Assembly: GCF_026210795.1 (NCBI RefSeq)
Contig: NC_089436.1
Coordinates: 992,001 to 1,056,000 of the forward strand
Direction of reading: 5' to 3'
Origin: Rhizophagus irregularis
Taxonomy: Eukaryota
Length of the DNA stretch: 64,000 nucleotides
In this document: in pieces, positions 37,060-52,662 of the stretch
Layout of the letters: each line of letters starts with the position of its first letter
Numbering within the stretch: the first letter of the stretch is position 1
Made by a program: the position numbers and the translations under genes
The notes under the pieces: model-generated
What the model was told of the DNA's origin: nothing
Database searches by the model: none
What the model saw: only the letters and a program-made list of their open reading frames with translations

Positions 37060-39419
37060 ATTTACCATTGTTATATCCCTTTATTTGTCACATGGTTAAT
37101 TTTGGCCAAAAAGTTCCATAATTTCGGTAAAAAAAATCGGAATAACAATTTTACACGAATTTAGTAAATCTGGCTGACATTAATAGCCCCAATTATATAT
37201 ATAAAAGTCCTGATCCGGAACACTTCCGGAACCTCCTAATTTTATATTGTGTTGTAAATTAAACTTATCAGCAAACGTTATAATATATATTTAATTTAGA
37301 AAGTTCTTAAACTCGCGTAAATTTCACTATTTAATAAAGATAGAAGTTCTAGTATTGGTGCATACATTTATTCGCATAAATTAAACAAATTATAAATATT
37401 TGTAACAAACAACAGAACAACAACTTTAACTGGCCAATAAATATTAATCTGATTCATCATTATATTTTGATTTTTAATGAGTTGATAAATATAATTTCGA
37501 TGTATTTGACATTAATGAAAAATTATGAGTAAAACAAATGAAATATATCTTTTAAATTTTCAAAGGATAAGATCATTTTTATATTATAAAACTAATTAAT
37601 AAACAAGTTTTATATCAAAGTTTAATACATTATAATATTATTTCGAATTTTTTTTAATACTGAAAATAATACGCGAGTTTGCTTTATTATAAAGAATTAT
37701 GAACGAATTATGAACGAATTATGACCCGGATTATGACCGGATTATGACCGGAATAAAAAACCACTGATAATAAATGTGATGTTGAATGAATCGTTTCAGT
37801 GGAGAACAGACTTTGCATACTAATAACTTGCCGAACTTTATAATATTTATGGAAAATTAATAGGCATGATTTAAATGATGTAATTATATGCATAGTAGAT
37901 AGCTTTGTATGCATGATGAAATAATTTATATATATGAAAATCTAAACCTTCTCTTTTAGCATCAGCATTTGATTTTTATTTATTACAAAATTGGAAACAT
38001 TCGGGTTCATCCGTGAATCTAAATGAAAAAAAAAATAATAATTTCATTTCCATACGATTACACAAGTAAAATGATTAATGAGAATAAAAAATTAAATTTC
38101 TTATGAGTATTATCGATCTTTTTTAAAGGGCTAGGTCGTATGTTTTTCATAAATGATCGATATATTACTAAAACGTGGCATCAAATTTAGGCATTTCAAA
38201 ATTTTTGACGCCTGTCAATTTTTTTTTGGATACATACCATCAAAAAAGTTCTAATACGAAATATTTATCACGCCAATGCGTAATATAAAAAACAATTATA
38301 TAGTATAGTATCAATTAAGGGGCGATAATTAATGCAGTGAAACTTAATGTACAAATGTAACAGTTAGTCAGTTAGTCATGGGACAGCCATCATTTTGTTG
38401 ATCGAACCGGTGAACTCTGTATAGAAATAAAAACCGTTTCCGTTTCTCCGTAATATTTTAATATTGCAGTACATTTTTATTGTAGGGGATGAATTTTGGG
38501 CTATTCTAGCCCTTTTAAATTTGGCTATAACCAATCGAACGTTACTTTGTATATGCGAAAAAAAATTATTATTTTTTTTTTTTTCGCGGTAACGGAAGTC
38601 TCCGCTTGGTGTTAAACTTTTCTCAGCCTTACGACCGAACAATCAATAACGCGAAATTAATCTTACTTGATCAACAATTACCTGGATTCTATTCTATATA
38701 TCGTTCGGTATTGGATAAACTTTCGGCATTACAACAAATGGAAGCGTTTCGGCATACAATCCAATCCTAGTGACATTCTTCACAAATCACATTATTAATG
38801 TACTATTTCTTTTATAATATTTTTTATAATAATAATAATATCTAAATTAGATTAAATATTATTATATCAGAATTTGAATAAATTTAAATTTAATGTCGTT
38901 CAAATAAATAAAACAAATTTTTTTATTCTGATTTTTTTAATTCTTTTTAATTACTTAATTTGATTTAGTTATAAAAGAAAAAACAGAATGTATTATGAAA
39001 ATCAATAAAATAACAACAGGATTTCTATTTTTAGTATATGAATGTCTATAGGTCTGTCTTTTAAAATGGATTCTTATTCTTATATTAATGAAATCATTAC
39101 GTGTGACAGTAAAAAAGGTGCTTTATTATTTGGTTCCTTACCTTAATATTAAATTATAAAATCTTATATTATCACATATATGTTTTGTGTAAAAAGAAAA
39201 AGGAAAAAAAAAGGAAGAAAAAAAAGAAGGTTTTCAAAATTTATAAATACCATGGGGTTGAATTTTTGAACTGGCTGTTATCCTGATTTCTTTATAGAAA
39301 AAAAAATTCTGAGATTTATTCATTTTTATTTATCATTCGTTTAAGACAAATTCAGTAACTCCTTCCCCCTTTTTTTTATTATACGATAAAAAACGAATTT
39401 TATAATTTGTTCAATTTGT

Positions 39420-40440
39420 GTTATATCCATAACCACAATACGATTTCTTCTTCTGGAGGAACCTCTGAGTTAACAGAAATTCCAACACGTGAAATTCGAC
39501 ACAAGGTTTGTTTTTTTACATGAATAAAACTTTATGTATAAGAACGCTTCGTGTTTTTAATTTTGTTATCTAATGAATTTTTTTTTGAATAGTCCTCAGT
39601 TAAAGTGCGATAACGATGATTAATCTAAATCATGTTGATTTAGAATAAGATATAATTACAGTCAAAAAAGAAAACAGTCGATAAGTAACGTTGGATGGTG
39701 TAAAGGTTGAGAAATTAATACTCTTGAAGAAAATTTAAAAGTTAAACTATTGCTAGACACACTGCAACACGAGTAGATGATATCATGGATCATGTTTATT
39801 TCGAACGATTAGATCTTGTGGAAGTACGAAATACGAAAGAATGTCAGACTGTACACATAAAGACGCCTAACGTATAAATGCTGCAAATTTATAAGTCATA
39901 ATTATTTTAAAGAAGTTCATTTTTCTCCAGGTTCGTAACTCTTCCTCAATGGCTTATTATAGGAGTAATCACATGATAATGACCATATTAAAATTTAAGC
40001 ATTGATAATTACAAGTGGAATTGTTGCAGTTTGTGTTGAAATTATAAGATTCTGCTACTTCAAATTAAGATCGTATGTTTGGGGGAAACTTTCATTGAAG
40101 AAATTGAAAACATTCATGGATCAGCCTCGGTCTATGTATCATTACAAGGCCCAAAAAGATATATGGGTTTTAATATTGCTCCCTAAATCTTTGAAGAAAG
40201 GACAAAGGCTTATATAATCATGTGGACTCTTTTCTGTCAGGTGGTATGATATCTCATGATTTCAGAATACTCATGATTATTGATAGAACACCAAAACTGA
40301 AAACATTCAATTATCCTTCACGTTCTACTGCATCTAAATTATTATATGAATTATTAGGAAGTTGTAGCTGCTAATTGTGATTAACTATCCAATTAATTTG
40401 ATGCTGCTAAAGACAGATTTGAAGCAAAATAAATTTGACA
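39420..40440 (+). pseudogene. Unidentified decayed spliced gene fragment
   Basis: Coding-like patches with GT/AG boundaries (e.g. TEIPTREIRHK|gt, DHVYFERLDLVEVRNT) but no continuous frame. Confidence 0.3.
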
Positions 40441-41592
40441 ACTAAATAATCATCTTATATTTTCTAACAATATTTAATAAATTTATAATTTAATATTTTC
40501 TTCAAGAGCATTAATTTCACGATCTTTACACCATCCAACGTTACTTAGAGATTTACAATTTTACTACAAAGATTTATTATAGGTTTTATATTAATAAATT
40601 ATTACTAATAAGAATATAGTATACATTAATTTAATTAATTTCAAATATTTAAAATTTCATTATATTATATTATTATTTACATATAATTTTATTTTATTAT
40701 TTATTTATTTCAATCTATATGGAGAAAAAATGCAAATAAAAATAGATAATTATTGAAAAATCCTTGGCATACGTACTATCAAAAATAATGCTTACCAAGA
40801 TTTTAAAAACAATTATGTCAGCGTATAAAAATTCACATATATACTGTATTGATTAGATTTCTTTTAAACAATTTGTAAAACACTAAAAATGCAGAGGATC
40901 CATCTGTTTGATGGCGCCCCGATCCTGTACCACCTTTCAAGCATGAAACCAAACAAAGAACTATTTATTTCTTTTTCTTTTTTTTTTTTTTTGAACCTAA
41001 ATTTTATTCATTTTTGGAAATATTTTTTAATTGAAATTTGAAACATTACTCAGAATCTTTTACCAGGTTTATCATTAAGGTTTAACTTTAAAATTAAAAT
41101 AGAAATTTATATAATAAACCCATTTTGAGATGGACCATTATTATGAAATAGATAAGATGTATGCATCTTTATTGTTAATTATTATCGAGATCAAAAAAAA
41201 AATCAATAATATTATTATCAAAGTTTTTTGGTAAGAAATTGAAATTTTGCGGATTCTATTTTTATTAATTAAAAACGAACACGTATAAATTTTATTTTAC
41301 AAAAGAAAGTAAGACCAGCGCAAAATTAATACGAATGATTTTATGAATTGATAAATATATATAATATGATATATGTAATTCAAAAAAAAAGAAAGAGAAT
41401 ATTAAAAATGGTTGAAATTTTTTACAAAAAAATAATGAGTGTTTTTTTTTTAAACAAGATTTTTTTTTCTTATATATATATATATATATATATAAATTCT
41501 AATATGTACAAAAAGGAAGGAATGTTATTATAAATAATTTTGTTATTATATAATAGATTATTTGGAAGGTATAATTGGTTATTGGTTATTGG

Positions 41593-42827
41593 TTATTTTT
41601 TTGTTGCCAAAAACCGATATCCAACATTATATGGTTTATATTCATTTAATTCTTCGTACCAAGCTTCAATTAATTTATCATATTCTACTTCATTCTCAAC
41701 TCCAAGCGTAGTTAAGAATCTCGTTTTAAATGTACGGAATAATAAGCCTATATAATTATCATTAAATATGTTAAAAAAATCTTCGAATTTTCTTGTATTT
41801 CAAAATCAATTATTATTTACCAGTATTATCAGATAATAAACTTCCAATTCTACCAGCCCATTTACCATATGAAGCCATAATTTCTTCTTTTTTTACGTCG
41901 GTAAGACTTTCAATATCATTCAATAGATCAATCATATGTGAATATATTGTAAAATCAATATTTCTCGATGTTAGATCCATGAAAACTAAAAAAAAAAAAA
42001 AAAATTGTTAAAAAAAAAAATGTCGGGAAGCCTTTGATTGGTAATTCCGCAAATAAGTCCGCAAAAAAAAACACTTACGTGCGCTAAATAATAATCGTGA
42101 TATAGGCCCATCTTTTCTTGGCTCTAATTCTTCTTCAACTAATTCTATAATTCCACCTGATTTTGTAACTCTAACAATTTCATTAATTGCAATCTTCCAA
42201 TCATTTGCACTAAAAGATGTAATCAAAAATCTCATATGTACGTAATCAAAAACATTATCTTCAAAAGGTAATCCATCCAATATATTAGCTTCCATGAAAT
42301 CTGCATTATCTGGTTTACTTTCTCTAGGGAAAACTGGGGTAATATCCATCCCAGTAAAATGTGATTTTGGGAATTCATTTGCCATCTCAATTAACCAAGT
42401 TCCTGGTCCACAACTACAAGAATGATAAAATATTATTAATATTTATTATACAATATTAATTATATTATTAATATTATTAAGGAATGAGTTAAATTATATA
42501 CCCAACGTCCAAGACATGAGCACCACCAGAACTTAATCTTTCTTTCACGGGCGCAGAATAATTTCGTTGCCATATGTGTTTACAAATATAATGTTTTATA
42601 TGTAATCGATCAAATTCATCATCATCACAGGGGAGAAAATATTTCGAGTTTATAACATTATGAAACCTTCGACCATCAATGAACCGATATTCATCATTAC
42701 TTCCATAATCCAGTACATCACTAATAATTAAATGTGTGTCAGATATTGGAGATCCTATGGTAGAAGTTGGCATACGATAAGGTTTAGGTTTTCTTTTTGA
42801 TTTTGGTTTACAAAAACAATTCCCCAT
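41593..42827 (-). CDS. Class I SAM-dependent methyltransferase (LaeA-like fungal family), 4 exons
   Basis: Exons 42827-42502, 42413-42079, 41985-41821 and 41747-41593, all GT-AG. Motifs GRRFH..YFLPCDDDEFDRL..H, VLDVGCGPGTW, GMDI, LPFEDNVFDYVH, RVTKSGG. Confidence 0.92.
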
Positions 42828-45800
42828 AATCAATAAAAATATATACAAATAAATAAATAAATTTATTTATTTATTTATTTATGGATACTAAATAATAATA
42901 TAAGAGAAATTAAATTTTAATATTAATTCAATCGATTCAATTGAAAAAAAAAAATACGATTTCTTACGGTTTTTTCGCTGTTGACTTTTCTTTTTTTTAA
43001 AAAAAAAACAAAGTTTCTTCAATGTATTGAAAATCTAAAATCGAGACTAATTCTAATTTCGTTTATTCATCGCAATCCACATTCCGTTCCAGACAAAAAT
43101 AATAGGGGGGGATGAATATATATAAAAAAAAAAAATGAAAAAAATTTCTTTTGGTGGGAACCTGTCCTTAAAGTTTTTTTTCTAGGATGAAGATTTTTTA
43201 TTATTTATCCTTTTTTTTTACAATGAAAAATTATTATGAAATAAAATTTATTTTTTTTTAGAAAAAATCAAAATACTAAATTGGGATTTAATGTCTTTTC
43301 CTCTTAATAATAATAAACTAAAAATAAATTTTTTTTTTTTAATGTCCTTTGTTCTTTGTTCTTTATATATATATAATTTACAGAATAAGTGATTTACAGA
43401 GATTTTTGTTTAAAAAAGTGACAGGAATATTTTGACCTTTTTTTTTTTCATCAAAACGTTAACCTAAAAAGAAATTTCCTTTTGGGTTGAACGTCTTAGG
43501 AAGAAAAAAAAATTGTACAAATTTAACAAAAAAAAAAATACCCAAAAATTACCCCGTATTTAAATATCGATTTCTGGCATTCGAATATTTAAGATGTAGA
43601 TCATATAATAAAATTGACTTTATTTGGTTATTTGAAATGTTAAACTTTGTTTGAATGTATAATACAACCATGCAATAGTGATACAGGGTTGAAATGTTAC
43701 GGGTATGATTATAAATAAACCATTCAAAGCTTATCAACAAATAACAATATTTTTCTTTTTTCTTTTTTTTCTTTTTTAAATAAAGAAAAAAAAGCGCGGG
43801 AATTCACATAACATGCACACATACTGATTATTATTGTTACAAACAATATCATAGTCATAAACAAACATAATCTGTTAGGCAACAGCCAACGTTTTATTTG
43901 GTGCAACCGAATGTTCACTTCTTTTCTATCAAGATGTTTATTTAAATACTAAGAATAAAAAAGAAACAATATTATTTTTTATATGAGTCATTATTACCAT
44001 TTAAGAAGAACGGCGAAACGTCTTTTTTTGATAAAAATTGGAAAATAAATGCAGTTAACGAAACTTTAAAAAAAAACCCCCCCTAAAAATAGAAGTAAGA
44101 TTGGGGTATCAATTTCCTATTTTTAATGTACTTGAATAACTTGAATAACTTTAATACCCGGCATAAATTTCGGCCGATATTTAATTATCGGTAATTAAAT
44201 AGCATTGAAATATCCGGATCATTTAAAGACAATGATAAATTAAACTCCGATACAAAGGCTTGATAATTCCCGCCTAAGATCCTATTGGAAATTTGTGTTA
44301 CCACGCACCTGCGTCATGGGGTTTAATCATAAATATCGTAATGCAACTAATGTCACATTTTTAAAGCCCTAAATAATAAAATTTCGTCAATCAAAAAAAT
44401 TTCCGTAACCCGGTAACAACTAACAATGTATTTATAAGCGTTGGGAACATCTATTTTTTTGTTTGACTATTTTATCCCTGATTTTAAAAGAGATAATGTT
44501 GTAATTAATTTTAAATGAACGAATTTTGTAAGACATAATCATTGAAATTTCTCCTTCCCCCCTTAAATTTTTATATCTAATTTGGAAAATTGGAAAGGAC
44601 TTGATTTTTTTAAATTTAAAAAAAAATTTTTAATTCAATGAGACATTACACAAAGATAATACCGCCTTTTTTTTTTCTTATGTAAATAACGTGCGTGTTA
44701 CCAAGCAAACAAACAAAAAGGGCTTATGATGATCCTCATTTTTAATTAATTGAATCCGGAAATTTTATTCGTTCATTACTATTTCACTTTTTATTAGTAT
44801 AAAGCAGAATTAATGCGTTAAAAGTTATTATTTAATTAGTATTTATTACATTATACGAATAAAGAATACTGGAACATTTTTGAAACCTGTTGAAAAAATT
44901 AACATTGATATTTTGAAATTTGATTGGTATACGTTAAAGAAATTTATTTATTTAAAAAACAAGGTTTCTATCTTTTTAAGATAAACAATAATATTTTACG
45001 TACTTTATAAGGAAATTTCATTTATGATATATGAAGTAAACAAGGGTAAACACAATTAATTCAAGGTAATGAAGGTAAAGATTCGTCGTTTTAAGTTTCT
45101 TTTGCATTTTTTTACAATGTTTAAGGAATTTCTTTTTACGGTTGTCTTTTCTAACAAACTTTCTCATACTGTATGCACCTTAATTTATGATTTAATGATT
45201 CAAGAAATCATTGGTGTATAACATGTGTAACGTATGCTGTATGCATACAATAATCTGCACTACATTACACACCGTTCAAATATACAATAATACTATAATA
45301 ATATAATAAATACTATATAATTTTTTTGATCATTCCTGATCTATAAAATAATAAAATAATAAAATTGTTAGAATAATATTAGAAATGAAGTAATTACTTT
45401 CCGATTTTAGTATTAATTACCCCTAATTTATTTTTCTTATCTGAAATTGAATCAAATCCTATTTTTGGATTTAAATAGGATAAATAAGAATTAGTATGAT
45501 ATTCCACGTTATATATATATATATTATATATATATATGTATAATTTGAAATATAAAATAGTTAGACCTTTTATTATTATTAAATTTAATATTATTGTCTT
45601 TAGAGAATTATTATTATTGTACACATGAATGAATTTTTAAAATGGTAAATTTATCTTATAATCAATACACGTGTATTAGCTTTGTGTGATTTCAAATTTT
45701 CGAACTTTCTAGTACCTTTAGAAGTTTAGATACCTTTTGATAAGATGAACTTACTTTGATCAGTACTACTTTATGAACAATAATTAAAAAAAAAAAATTA

Positions 45801-48800
45801 AAAATTATTTTTATAGTATAGTACACGATTAAAGTTATCAAAACTTTTACACGGCGTAAACAGTTCTGTAAATCTCTTTCAAGACCATTAATGAACAAGG
45901 CGTATTTGCGAACTTGGAATAAAAAAACAAATTAATTTAACCTAAAAAGTATTTTGCAATGATTTTCTAAATATAGTATATTTTTTTAAGAATTATTTTC
46001 TTTTATATCCAATTATCTTCTTTATATTTAACATGGTCCTAATGATTGGTATTCCAGCAGATTTTCTCATCTGGATCTAAAACTTGATTTTTGAATTTAT
46101 ATTAAAAATTTTTTTGAACAAAAGTATGGGAAAGTATCCAATCAAGGATTATATATTTATTTATTTATAAATATTTATGAATATTAGAATAAAATACTCC
46201 TGTAAAAATTTTTTAATAAATTGATCACATGTCTGAGTTTTTCAGATATAGAACTAGAAAAGTGATCATTTACCGGAGTTACGGAAAGTTTTTTACGGGA
46301 CCAGTTATATTCCATAAAACACAACTCCACATATCATCATACCTTTAATGAAAAAAAAATCACCACTTTATTTTTTCGTTTATGAAGTTCAAAACTTCAG
46401 TAACAATAACGACTGATTAAAATTCTCCTGACGAACTCCGTAGTCAAATAACAATTTTTTATAACATACCGATTATGGAGTATATGCAGAGGTAAAATTC
46501 ATATGCAATCTCAATACTGTGTCTCACCAAATAAAGGCAATCAAAAAATGAGGTCATCTTATCCAGACCTTAAAATACTAGCAGACTCAATATTCGCTCT
46601 TATGTACAGATGTTAAACTTCTATATCAAAGTATTTAGACTGGCTATCGGTATAATAATTTTACTATCCGAAACGATGGACCGTCAACATCACAATCCAT
46701 ATTGTTTATAGACTATTATAAAAAGTGTTTTACAATTATGAAAATGTGGAACGACTCCGTGCGAAATTAAAGGAAAGTAATTATAATATAATTTTAGTCC
46801 GTGCTATATAATTAATCGTTGAAGCAATCGATTGGCTTTAGTTCAGGCAACGTGCGGAGAAAAGGAACGGTAAGAATTTAAGAACACTGAAAGGAGTTAG
46901 TTCAATGTCAAAAGACTTTTAGAATCACTATAGTATATAGACTCCGTCAATGGATCACAGGAGAATTATTTAACCCTGGCTACGTCAAATATCGATTACA
47001 TAATCTATGTAGCTTGTTTTAATGCATGTACATGTACATGCGTGCAGAACTGAGGAATATAGATATTGTACCCACAGTCCTATGTATAGTAAGTACTCAT
47101 CATTTCTGGCGATCTTATTTAAACATTTACGCGTTCCCGATTATTCATACATACATACTTCTATTAATAACAAAAACTTACGTAATAGAGGGATACAGAG
47201 TCAACCTTCTGAAATTCGCAAGATACCCGAGATACTGTACTATACGATCTACAGTATATTATAATATACTGTAGCATGATTATATAGTTGATGAACATTA
47301 TTTTGTTTTTAAAAACTTAATGTTATTAATTGCTTCATTTTAAATTTTTATTGGTATTATAATTTTAGGAAGCATAAAAAAAATAATATTTCATCATAGA
47401 AATAAATTATTAATTAAATTATTTAATATTATAAAAGTATGATTTTTAAATTGACTGGTACAACGATTGGGTTCTTTTTCATCAGAAGTTTGAATATTAA
47501 CAGTTAATTCTTAATCATATTTTAATTATGTAAGATTCTGTCGGGATTTTGGATCCGAGATTTTGAGTTTCGAGATTTTTGGACGGAACCCAACTAACAC
47601 TAAGAACTAATAGTTTTTGGTAAAAGGTCTGTATTTGTGCTGTCGAAATTGTTTTTACGGTTACAGCACGTGGAGTCACTGGCGTAACGCCGGAATAAAT
47701 CGTAAATGCCGTAAATTCAGTAGTGCCGTAATTCAATTTGCTATAATTTAATTCGATTTGCTATAATTTTTTATACGCCGTAAATATCTGAAAGCAAGAG
47801 AACTTAATACCGTTTCTTAACGGTAAATTTCAAAAAAAAAAACCCTCTTCCCCTTCCCACTCATCAGTAAGTAAGATCCGCAAAAACTGCTCTAAAAAAA
47901 AGAAAGAAAATGGTGTGCGCTTTGAACTGGTTTTTTTTTAAAAAAAAAAATTATGGGGAACCGTGTTCGATCACGTGATCTAGAAAATTACATCAACATC
48001 CTGTTTATTGACCTTAGTCACGTGATTTAAAATCGCTGCTGAGTGCTGAGTTAGAACCACTTGCTTAATTCTGGCCGATGCGATAATCAATCACGTTATC
48101 TATTAGGTTGGATTACCGAATCTGCTTACTACATACTACTTCTAAACAGTGAGTTGAAGTTTTATTATGATATCGAAAAAGTTCAAATTACTAAAAAATT
48201 AACTTCTTAAATCCAGTGATATGCATTGAAAGCTTCTAACGACTTTATATTGGAATTGGACCTTCCAATGATTTTTTTATCCATATTATTCTACATATAT
48301 ACGATATGTAAATCTATGATATTGGAAACTTCCAGTGAAGAATTGGAAGTTTCCAATAATAGCACATCGCTGATCACTGTGACTTAATCGTTCTTTTAGT
48401 TCACCTCATTCAATTTCAACCTCTCCTTTTATCTGTAGGCAAATGAAACGTGCAACATCAAATGTGATGAAAATTGGGAGATTTTCAGCCAAATTCCTAA
48501 GTTGCTTCAACGGAGTGTTTTATTTTCTACTTTTGATGCGTTAATGGAATAGCCCAAACGGTTAATATTCCCCGTCTCTTACACTAGTCAAATTATATTG
48601 CATTAAAAAAATTGCCTCAAATAACTTTGTCGTATTCAAGTTGATGAAAAAACGTGCAATCTATTTTGTCCACTGATACTTAACTGGTAAAGTGACTTAT
48701 CCATGTAGCGAAAGGCGCTTTTACAGTTCGAGTATACTGAGGACAATCTCAATATAACGTACAATATTAAGTATTCTCACTACAAAGGATGTATGGTAAT

Positions 48801-49227
48801 GCGGTAAAAGAATCTTGGACGATTGATTGAAACTATGACGATTGATGAATGTATAAATAATAATTGTCGTGAAAAGTATAAATATGCTGAGTTTGAGTCC
48901 AATGCTTTTGTGACACTTCATAACTTTTAAGAGTATTGTAGTGCTAGTTATTTGTTAAAATTTTTTCTTAATTTCAATCAACGAAATAAATAGAATTGTT
49001 TTGTCAAGGATAAAATTTTACAATTCCAAATATTCTGGATATAAACTGAAGTTTATTGATAAAATTATAGTACAGTCAAATATAGCAATACAAATACCTT
49101 AACTAAATAAATTTTACTTCATAAATTCCACCAAATTTTTTAAAAAATAATGAATACATATATAGTGAAAAGTATGAATAAGAAATTAAATATACAGTAT
49201 TTAAAAGAAATTTAATCATTATTACTG

Positions 49228-50399
49228 TTACTTTCTCCCTCTTTTTCCCTCTTCCTCAAGTTCTTTAATAAATGAATATGCTAGACCAAAGCCAACTCTA
49301 GCAATAACTTCAGTAGCAAATTCAGAAGCTTCTTTCCTAACGGTTTTATTCGAAGCTGCTTTATAAGCCAAATAACCAACTCCCGCAACGGCAGCAGCAG
49401 CAGCAATTCCAACAGCGACTTTTGCAACTTGGTCTTCAATTTGTTCTGAAGATAAAAAAAAAAAGACTATTTCTTAATACATTCAATTAATTGAAAAAAG
49501 GGATACGTATAAATAAATTTACCTTCTCGTACTAAAGTTCCAATTCGATTATTATCGTATCTTTGTAAAGAGTTAGTTTCAATTCGATTATTATAACATC
49601 TTTGTAAAAAGGAATTGTTATAAATTCCTTTAAGATTTTGCATAATAATTTCATCATTATCATCAATGAATTCGAGCGTGGCTTTTTCCGAATCATCCTC
49701 ATCATGATTGTATGTTGCTACAAGTATTGCAACATATTTTCCTTCAAAATTTTCCGAAGCTTTATTTTTATATTTTAAAGCTTGAAATCTACGACCATCT
49801 CTCGCATTTACTGTAACCACAATAAAAATGCCAGAATCTGAAGCAAAAACAAAATCTCCATAACAATAATTATTATAATGATATGAATTCCAAGAATATT
49901 CAACCAAATACTTGAATCCTGGAAGAAGATTTTTTAAATTATTTAAAATAGCATTTTCTCCATTTTGTTCATAAAACCATTTATTACTTTTTTGATTATT
50001 TATCTTTTGAAGATAATTAGTAAAAGGATCATACCATTCTTTTGAAATTTTTAAAAGATTTTTGATTAATGAATCATTATTAAATTCGTTCCATTTAAAT
50101 CTAATTCTCCAAGTATTAAAGATTGAATAACTGCTTATTTCTTTACGTAATACGTTATTTCTAAAGAGTTGACTAAATTCTTCATTAATACATTCTTCAA
50201 CTTCATTAGTATTACGAATTTGTCTATGAGACATTGAACAACTAATTTCTGCTATAGTATTTTCATTTTGAATAGCTTCAAAAATTCCTTTACAAATTTG
50301 TAAAATAAGATTTTGTTTATCGTTATTATTTGATGAAAGGTAGAAAGAACTCGTTGGATAATTAGCGTTACAATTATAACAATGACAAGATACACTCAT
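49228..50399 (-). CDS. Array gene A: PD-(D/E)XK-fold protein (ExK lost) with a C-terminal hydrophobic helix
   Basis: Exon 1 50399-49523; exon 2 49445-49228 (VAVGIAAAAAVAGVGYLAYKAA). Motifs CHCYNC, GDFVFASDSGIFIVVTVN, QALKY. Confidence 0.8.
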
Positions 50400-51285
50400 G
50401 ATGGATTATTATATACGAGAAAAAGAAGAAATAAAGAAGAAAGTAACTCTTTAAGTTGAAAAAAAAATTGAATCTTTTTATAATTAATTTATTACCAAAT
50501 TCGGAAACAAAACCGTTTTCTTGAATCAGATTATCTATTCATCTGATTTTCACATAGTTTACATCATTTGTTTCATTTGTTGCAGTTTCTGCACAGTTAT
50601 AATATTTATGCTTATAATTATCAATAAATTAAAATTCAGGAGTATTTTAGTTTTATTTAGGTTGTATAATTAGTAAACCACTATTCAGAAAAGTGAGTAG
50701 TACTAGATATAGGTGATAAGAGAACAATCATTACTGATCGATTGTTATCTTGGTATTAAACATTTTAAACCCACAAAAGAAAATTGCTAATGATAAATGT
50801 TGTACAGTACATGTATATAGGTAGTCTGACTGCCTAGCAATTTTAAAACAGTTGGACGAAATTTTTGATAAAATTTTAATCCCAGTTGGAGTTAAAATGT
50901 TTGGTTAAAATCTTAGGGTCTCTTTAATGTGATGCTCGGGCATAAATCACTAAGGTTTTAAAACCAATTAATCGTTGCTTCTTCCTATAAACTTTCATCT
51001 TTTGTTGCAACCGCAGCAAAATCAAAAATGCGACTAAGAAAACTTTCTCGTTATGTACACATATATTTATTATATGAATCAAGTCTATTATTCATTTTAA
51101 AAACTTCTTGAAATCAAGTAAAACAGCGATTCTTCACATTGTAAAGAGAATTTGAATTCATTATCATGTGAAGAGTTAAAAATAAAATAAAATAATAACG
51201 CTTGAACGTTCATGAATAGTAAAAATTTGTTCATTAACCATTTGATGTTGAAAACGTATTATAAATTGTAGATATTTGAAATATG

Positions 51286-51481
51286 CCCTATAAAAACGAA
51301 ATGTGTTAAATTTATTTTAAATTCGTGCTCATGTGTAATAAATGTCTAAAAAAGCACCATTTTGTTTAATTTTTGTTTTTTTGTAATAAGACATAAATTG
51401 GACAAAATGGTACTTTTTTAGACATTTATTACACATGAGCACAAATATAAAACAAATTTAACACATTTCGTTTTTATAGGG
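51286..51481. mobile_element. CMC-like palindromic MITE
   Basis: CCCTATAAAAACGAAATGTGTTAAATTT ... AAATTTAACACATTTCGTTTTTATAGGG; 3-bp TSD ATG. Confidence 0.85.
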
Positions 51482-51539
51482 ATGAAATTTATTTATTTGG
51501 AAGTAAACTTACAAAAATTTCTTATTAATTGATATTGTT

Positions 51540-52282
51540 ATTGGGATTATTTCTTGATAATCTTGTTGAAATGCTCTATAAATCATGGTGTCGAGTTTTT
51601 TTTTTTGAAATTTGTGTACAAATTACATAGCCAATTGCTATAACGGCAGCAATTTCAAAAACTACACCTCAAACTGCAACTGATATACCTTGCAGTAAAA
51701 AGCAATAATTTTTTAATAAATTTATTAATTAATGAAAAAACGATACGCTCATACGCATAAATTATCTTTACCTTGTTAGGATGGATGAGTATTAACGATT
51801 GGAAGATCGAGTGGAAAATTCATATATTATCGTGAAAATTATGAATTTCTTTAAGATTTTGCATAATAATTTCATCATTTTAATGAATTCGATTGTGACT
51901 TTCTCTCAATTACGATTCTCATCAAGATTTCTGAAGTTTTAATTTTTACATTTTAAAGCTTTTAAGTTTTAACATCATCTACAAGGCATATTCATTTTTT
52001 AAAGATTTAATCCATTTAAATTCTATTTGTCAAATATCGATTGAAAGATACTATTATTTTACGTGATAGTCGTAATACGTTTTCTAAAAAGTGAGAATTT
52101 TTCAGAATTTCATTAGTATCACGTGTTTGTTTATATAAAATTACACTACCGTATAAGAAATTTCAATGTTCATTTTTAATATCTTTGAAATTTTCTCCAC
52201 AAATTTACAACATAGGTTCTGTTCATTTCTATTATTGATATGTTTGCTTGAAATTCAACGTTACAACTATAACAATGACAAT
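51540..52282 (-). pseudogene. Array gene B: heavily decayed paralogue
   Basis: CHCYSCNVEF.., DEIIMQNLKEIH and a terminal exon with IAAVIAIGYVIC; deletions and frameshifts. Confidence 0.7.
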
Positions 52283-52662
52283 AATTTGTTATATATAAAC
52301 TATTTTCTATTGATAATAATTTTTTGATGGTTATAAAATGTATAATATATCCAATATATCTATCTTATCTATCTATGCCGATAAGTTACTAATAAAAATA
52401 ATTTCGCAATTTCAATCAATGATAAAACAGAATTACTTTGTTATAGACGGCTTATAATTGGAAATTTCCAGTCAAAATCTCGTCATTTAAAATATAAAAT
52501 ACTAGTTAATAAATGTTAATAAATGCTAGTTAAAAAAAATGTCGTAAATCAATTAATATAATTTTACCAGAAAAAAAAAAAATATTTCTATAAATTCTAA
52601 ATCCCATAAAAAATTTTTCAAAAAAAAATAATGAATACATAAAAATAAAAATGATTAGAGAA

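Noticed and set aside
48214..48372. Possible hAT MITE (CAGTGATATGC..GCACATCGCTG)
   Set aside because: The TIR is short and imperfect, and no TSD was found.
46380..48950. Coding-like patches and short ORFs
   Set aside because: No continuous frame or recognisable motif could be reconstructed.
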